Below are positions 16,464-20,302 of a DNA stretch of 20,302 nucleotides, piece by piece (within the stretch, counting starts at the first letter, position 1; each line of letters starts with the position of its first letter). A model generated the notes under the pieces. The model was given only the letters and a program-made list of their open reading frames with translations, had not been told where the DNA came from and ran no database searches. The stretch is from Candidatus Methylomirabilota bacterium. GTDB lineage: Bacteria > Methylomirabilota > Methylomirabilia > Rokubacteriales > CSP1-6. Both the position numbers and the translations under genes were made by a program. The stretch is from positions 1 to 20,302 of the forward strand of contig JBKPAK010000169.1 in assembly GCA_046726415.1 (NCBI GenBank), in the 5' to 3' direction.

Positions 16464-18164
16464 ATGGCCTACGATCTCCTGATCAAGAACGGTCGCATCA
16501 TCGACGGTTCCGGTCGGCCTGCCTTCAACGGTGATGTGGCCGTGGCCCGCGGCAAGATCGTTGAGCTCGGGCGCCTCGACGGGCCCGCGCGGCGGGTGAT
16601 CGAGGCCGATGGACGCGTGGTGGCGCCCGGGTTCGTCGACAACCACTGCCACTACGACGCCCAAGTCCTCTGGGATCCGCTTTGCACGTTCTCGTCCCAT
16701 CACGGCGCCACGACCGTCATCATCGGGAACTGCTCGCTCGCCCTCGCCCCCGTCAAGGCCCACGAGCGCCTCAAGCTGGCCGGGATGCTCTCCTATGTCG
16801 AGGCCATCCCGATGGACGTGCTTCAGGCCGGGGTGCCCTGGAACTGGGAGACGTTCCCCGAGTATATGGGCGCCATCGGTCAGCGGCTCGGCGTGAACGT
16901 CGGGACGCTCGTCGGTCACTCGGCGGTCAGGCTCTACGCCATGGGTGAGGACTGCTCGGAGCGCCCGGCCACCGACGCGGAGCTGGCGCTCATGCGGCGC
17001 CTGGTGCAGGAGGCGCTCGAGGCGGGTGCCCTCGGACTCTCCATCACCCGCAACATGAACCACTTCGACATCGCGGGAAAGCGCATCCCGGCCGCCTGCG
17101 CGCCGGAGTCGGAGCTCTTCGCGCTGACCGACGTCCTCCGCCAGGTCGGCACGGGCGTGATCCAGTGCGGTGGTGGCACCAACCCCGAGCTGAAGGACGG
17201 CCTCCTGAGCCGCATCGCCCAGGCGTGTGGGCGGCCGATCATGTACAACACGCTCCTCGAGCAGGCGCGGCAGCCAGGTCGGTGGAAGAATCATCTTGCG
17301 CACGTCGAGGCGACGGTCCGACAGGGGATTCGCGCGATCCCGCTCTGCAATCCGGGCAGCATCGTGAACCGGTTCACCATGAAGAACTGCCAGGTCTTCC
17401 GGAGCATGCCCACCTGGCTCCCGATCCTCCAGGGTCCCGACGACGAGAAGCTCCCTGCCTATCGCGATCAGGAGATCCGGGCGAAGCTCCGTGCCGAAGT
17501 CGACGCGCCGCTCTCGCCGGACTCGACGTTCTCCAAGCGCTGGGACCTCATGGTGGTGGAGGAGCCGAAGTTGGCGAAGAACCGCGGCCTCCGGGGACGT
17601 CACATCGCGGAGATCGCGCAGGCACAAGGACAGCACCCGCTCGACGCCTTTCTCGACCTGGCCGTCGAGGAGGAGCTCGACACTGTCTTCAGCCTCGGGG
17701 AGATCAACATGGACACCGAGGCGGTGGCGCAGATCCTGGGCAGCCCCTACGCGGTGGTAGGCCTCTCCGACGGCGGCGCCCACGTGCAGTTCCACTCGAA
17801 CGTATCGAACCCCACCCGGCTCCTCGGTTACTGGGTGCGCGAGAAGGGCATCATGCCCCTCGAGCTGGCCGTCCGCCGGCTCACCTTCGACTCGGCTGCG
17901 GCCTTTGGAATTTACGATCGCGGACTCCTCCAGCCGGGCATGGCGGCCGACCTCGTCGTCTTCGACCCCGATACCGTGCGGCCGATCCCGGAAGACGTCG
18001 TGCACGACTTCCCGAGCAACGGCTGGCGAATGCGAGAGCTTGCCGAGGGAATCCACTACACCGTCGTCAATGGTGAAGTGCTGATGGAGAAGGGGACCCA
18101 CACTGGGAGCCACCCGGGCCGGGTCTTGCACAACTCCCGCTATCAGACCGGGGGCCCAGCCTAG
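16464..18164 (+). CDS. Amidohydrolase, N-acyl-D-amino-acid deacylase (D-aminoacylase)-like family
   Basis: SD GGAGG. YDLLIKNGRIIDGSG, APGFVDNHCHYD, GNC, GHSAVR, GLSDGGAH, DRGLLQPGMAADLVVFDP, TVVNG, PGRVL. Confidence 0.92.
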   Translation: MAYDLLIKNGRIIDGSGRPAFNGDVAVARGKIVELGRLDGPARRVIEADGRVVAPGFVDNHCHYDAQVLWDPLCTFSSHHGATTVIIGNCSLALAPVKAHERLKLAGMLSYVEAIPMDVLQAGVPWNWETFPEYMGAIGQRLGVNVGTLVGHSAVRLYAMGEDCSERPATDAELALMRRLVQEALEAGALGLSITRNMNHFDIAGKRIPAACAPESELFALTDVLRQVGTGVIQCGGGTNPELKDGLLSRIAQACGRPIMYNTLLEQARQPGRWKNHLAHVEATVRQGIRAIPLCNPGSIVNRFTMKNCQVFRSMPTWLPILQGPDDEKLPAYRDQEIRAKLRAEVDAPLSPDSTFSKRWDLMVVEEPKLAKNRGLRGRHIAEIAQAQGQHPLDAFLDLAVEEELDTVFSLGEINMDTEAVAQILGSPYAVVGLSDGGAHVQFHSNVSNPTRLLGYWVREKGIMPLELAVRRLTFDSAAAFGIYDRGLLQPGMAADLVVFDPDTVRPIPEDVVHDFPSNGWRMRELAEGIHYTVVNGEVLMEKGTHTGSHPGRVLHNSRYQTGGPA

Positions 18165-18181
18165 GCCGCCCAAGCTTCCCA

Positions 18182-18224
18182 AGCGATCGGGCGCCCCAGC
18201 CACGCCGGGGCGCCCCCGATCGCT
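18182..18224 (+). terminator. GC-rich stem-loop downstream of the amidohydrolase, possible terminator
   Basis: AGCGATCGGGCGCCCC pairs with GGGGCGCCC(CC)GATCGCT: 16-bp stem, 2-nt bulge, 9-nt loop. No U tract. Confidence 0.5.
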
Positions 18225-18451
18225 CACGGATGTCGGAGAGCGACATCGCGCTCGAGTCCGCATCCGCGGATATCCGCCGGCGGTGACCGTGCAAACGTTG
18301 GCTCGCCAGGCGATGACCCTGTAAACGCGCGCAGGCGAGGCTGCGTCTCAATGTCTCAGCCAAGGCCGGCCTAGGTCCAGGACGCTCAGCTCCGACCCTG
18401 GCTTCGATAGCGCCGTGAGCAACTCGGCGCAACGTCCCCGGGAGGGCCGCA

Positions 18452-19642
18452 ATGTCCATTCGCCGGCTGATCGTGATCTTGCTCGCGGCGGCGGTGCTGC
18501 TCGAACTGGTGCTCTCCGCGCGAGTCCTTTCCGCACAGTCCCGCCCGGGATTCGGCGAACCCCTGGCCGACCTACCCGCGTCACTGCTCGCCGCCTTCGA
18601 AGAGGGGCGCCAGCGATTCGCCATGGAGGAAACGCCCGCGACTGGCCTGGGGCCGGTGTTCAACGGCCGGAGCTGCTTGACCTGTCACCGGGTTCCGCTG
18701 CCCGGAGGCTCCGGCGGAAGTGGCGAAGCGTTCGTCATCAGATTTGGGCTCCAGGCGCCGGGCCAGCCGTTCAACCCCCTGCTCAACGTTGGAGGGCCTT
18801 CCCTTCAGCGACGCAGCGTGGCCGAGGATTTGGAGAGCTGTCAGCTCGCCGGCGAGATGCTCCCTCACGAGGCCAACGCCGTCGGTCGCCGTCAGCCAGC
18901 CCCGCTCTTTGGTCTCGGCCTCATCCAGGCCATTCCCGAATCAGCGATCGCGGCGCGGGCCGACCCCGATGATGCAGATGGCGACGGCATCGCCGGTCGT
19001 CCCAACGTCAGCAACGGCGTTATCGGGCGCTTCGGCTGGAAGGCGGCGGTGGCCACCGTGGCCGACGCCGTGGGACTCTCGCTCATCGGCGAGCTGGGCA
19101 TCACCAACTTCCTGTACCCCAACGAGCTGTCGCCGCAAGGGGTTCCCCACGCGAGCGGCTGCAAGATCACCGCGGACATCGAGGACTTCGACGCCTCCCG
19201 ACTGGCCGGGATCACGGCCTTTCTCTCGTTCATGAGCGCGCCGCCGCGCGGCCCTATCACCGAGGCGGTCGTGCGCGGCGAGACGCTCTTCGCGCAGACA
19301 GGTTGCTCGAGTTGCCACACCCCGGTCATGAAAACGGGGCCGAACGCCCTCCCGGGGCTGAACCACGTGGACGTTCCCCTCTACTCGGATCTCCTCACGC
19401 ACGACTTGGGAGGCGCGCTCGACGACCGCATCGCGGAGGGCGCCGCCGGTGGCGAGCGCTGGCGCACCGCGCCCCTGTGGGGACTCCGCGCGAGGCAATT
19501 CTATCTGCATGACGGCCGCACGTCCGACCTGACCACGGCCATCGCGCTGCACGGCGGCGAGGCGCGGCCGTCTCGTGATCTCTTTGCCAACCTGAGCGCC
19601 GCCCAGAGAGCCGATCTTCTCGCGTTCCTTCGCTCCCTCTGA
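18452..19642 (+). CDS. Secreted di-haem c oxidoreductase family protein (DHOR, putative peroxidase)
   Basis: SD GGAGG and a signal peptide. Two CxxCH motifs (CLTCH, CSSCH). Family motifs GLGPVFN, PLFGLGL, DPDDADGDGIAGR, GRFGWKA, YSDLLTHDLG, WRTAPLWG, YLHDGR. Confidence 0.92.
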   Translation: MSIRRLIVILLAAAVLLELVLSARVLSAQSRPGFGEPLADLPASLLAAFEEGRQRFAMEETPATGLGPVFNGRSCLTCHRVPLPGGSGGSGEAFVIRFGLQAPGQPFNPLLNVGGPSLQRRSVAEDLESCQLAGEMLPHEANAVGRRQPAPLFGLGLIQAIPESAIAARADPDDADGDGIAGRPNVSNGVIGRFGWKAAVATVADAVGLSLIGELGITNFLYPNELSPQGVPHASGCKITADIEDFDASRLAGITAFLSFMSAPPRGPITEAVVRGETLFAQTGCSSCHTPVMKTGPNALPGLNHVDVPLYSDLLTHDLGGALDDRIAEGAAGGERWRTAPLWGLRARQFYLHDGRTSDLTTAIALHGGEARPSRDLFANLSAAQRADLLAFLRSL

Positions 19643-19770
19643 CCCGCTGCACCGGGACGCGAATCACGTCGCGGAGGCCGCGACCCGGCGCCGCCGACCC
19701 AAGGCCCGCGAGCCGCGATGTCGCCACGGCCGCGCAGCCTTCAGGTCCGGGTGGCGCAGGTCGAAGATCC

Positions 19771-20302
19771 TCACCCGCGCCAGCGCGCCAGGCGGTCGTT
19801 GACGGCATCGAGAGCGAGGACGATGGCGATGGAGGCGGCGGAGACGAGCGCGGTGACGGCGAAGAGCTCGGCAGCCTGGAAACCGTTGGCGAAGGACCCC
19901 ATGACGTGGCCCATGCCGCGCAGGCCGGCGAACATCTCCACGATCAGCACGCCAAGCAGGCTGAATACGACGCCGAGGCGCATGCCCGCCAGCACGGCGG
20001 GCACGATGCCGGGTAGGATCACCTTCAGATAGAGTTGCCACGGCCGCGCGCCAAACGCGCGCGCGACCGTCACCAGCCCGCGGTCTACGTCGTGCACCGC
20101 CCCCATCACCAGGACCAGGATGGGAAAGAAGGCATGGATCGCGCCGTAGAGGACGGCCGGCGCGGTGCCGAAGCCGAGAAGGAGCACGATCCAGGGCAGC
20201 ACCAGGATCTTCGGCATGCCGTAGAGCGCCACCACGAAGGGATTGAGGGTACTGGCGAGCATTCGGCTCGACCCGATGGCCAGTCCGGCTCCCACGCCCA
20301 GC
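19771..20302 (-). CDS. NitT/TauT-family ABC permease (TauC/SsuC-like), 5'-truncated by the window edge
   Basis: P...ALYGMPKILVLP, GFG, EAA-like VDRGLVTVARAFGA, KVILP, GMRLG, VEMF....GMG. The frame stays open to the window end. Confidence 0.9.
   Translation of the reverse strand, partial: LGVGAGLAIGSSRMLASTLNPFVVALYGMPKILVLPWIVLLLGFGTAPAVLYGAIHAFFPILVLVMGAVHDVDRGLVTVARAFGARPWQLYLKVILPGIVPAVLAGMRLGVVFSLLGVLIVEMFAGLRGMGHVMGSFANGFQAAELFAVTALVSAASIAIVLALDAVNDRLARWRG

Noticed and set aside
10460..18263. Long minus-strand ORFs 10460..12118, 13550..15511 and 16227..18263
   Set aside because: Antisense mirrors of the SBP and amidohydrolase genes caused by codon bias, with no recognisable domains.
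18225..18451. Riboswitch (e.g. c-di-GMP-I, prompted by GCAAAC) in the long intergenic region
   Set aside because: No GNRA-capped P2 or matching conserved architecture was visible by eye. An Rfam scan would be needed.
19668..19684. Hairpin GTCGCGG-agg-CCGCGAC between convergent genes
   Set aside because: A 7-bp stem with no U tract is expected by chance at this GC content.

Overview
High-GC, densely coded bacterial window dominated by solute uptake and catabolic genes. The style resembles soil lineages such as Ca. Rokubacteria, but that is inference only. Left to right: a short tandem repeat at the edge; a minus-strand operon of a crotonase-fold enzyme, livG, livF and a LivJ/K-type binding protein; a Tat-exported NitT/TauT-type binding protein; an unknown single-pass membrane protein coupled to a CUT1 sugar ABC binding protein and two permeases; a convergent DAO/sarcosine-oxidase-beta-like flavoprotein; a family-5 peptide ABC cluster (Tat SBP, two permeases, second Sec SBP); an SDR; a D-aminoacylase-like amidohydrolase; a secreted di-haem c (DHOR-family) protein; and a 5'-truncated TauC/SsuC-like permease. 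I found no rRNA, tRNA, CRISPR array or mobile element, and I cannot claim a clearly new system. The best leads are the uncharacterised membrane protein heading the sugar ABC operon, two enzymes with non-canonical catalytic residues, and structured intergenic regions (repeats, promoters, a possible coupled leader ORF).
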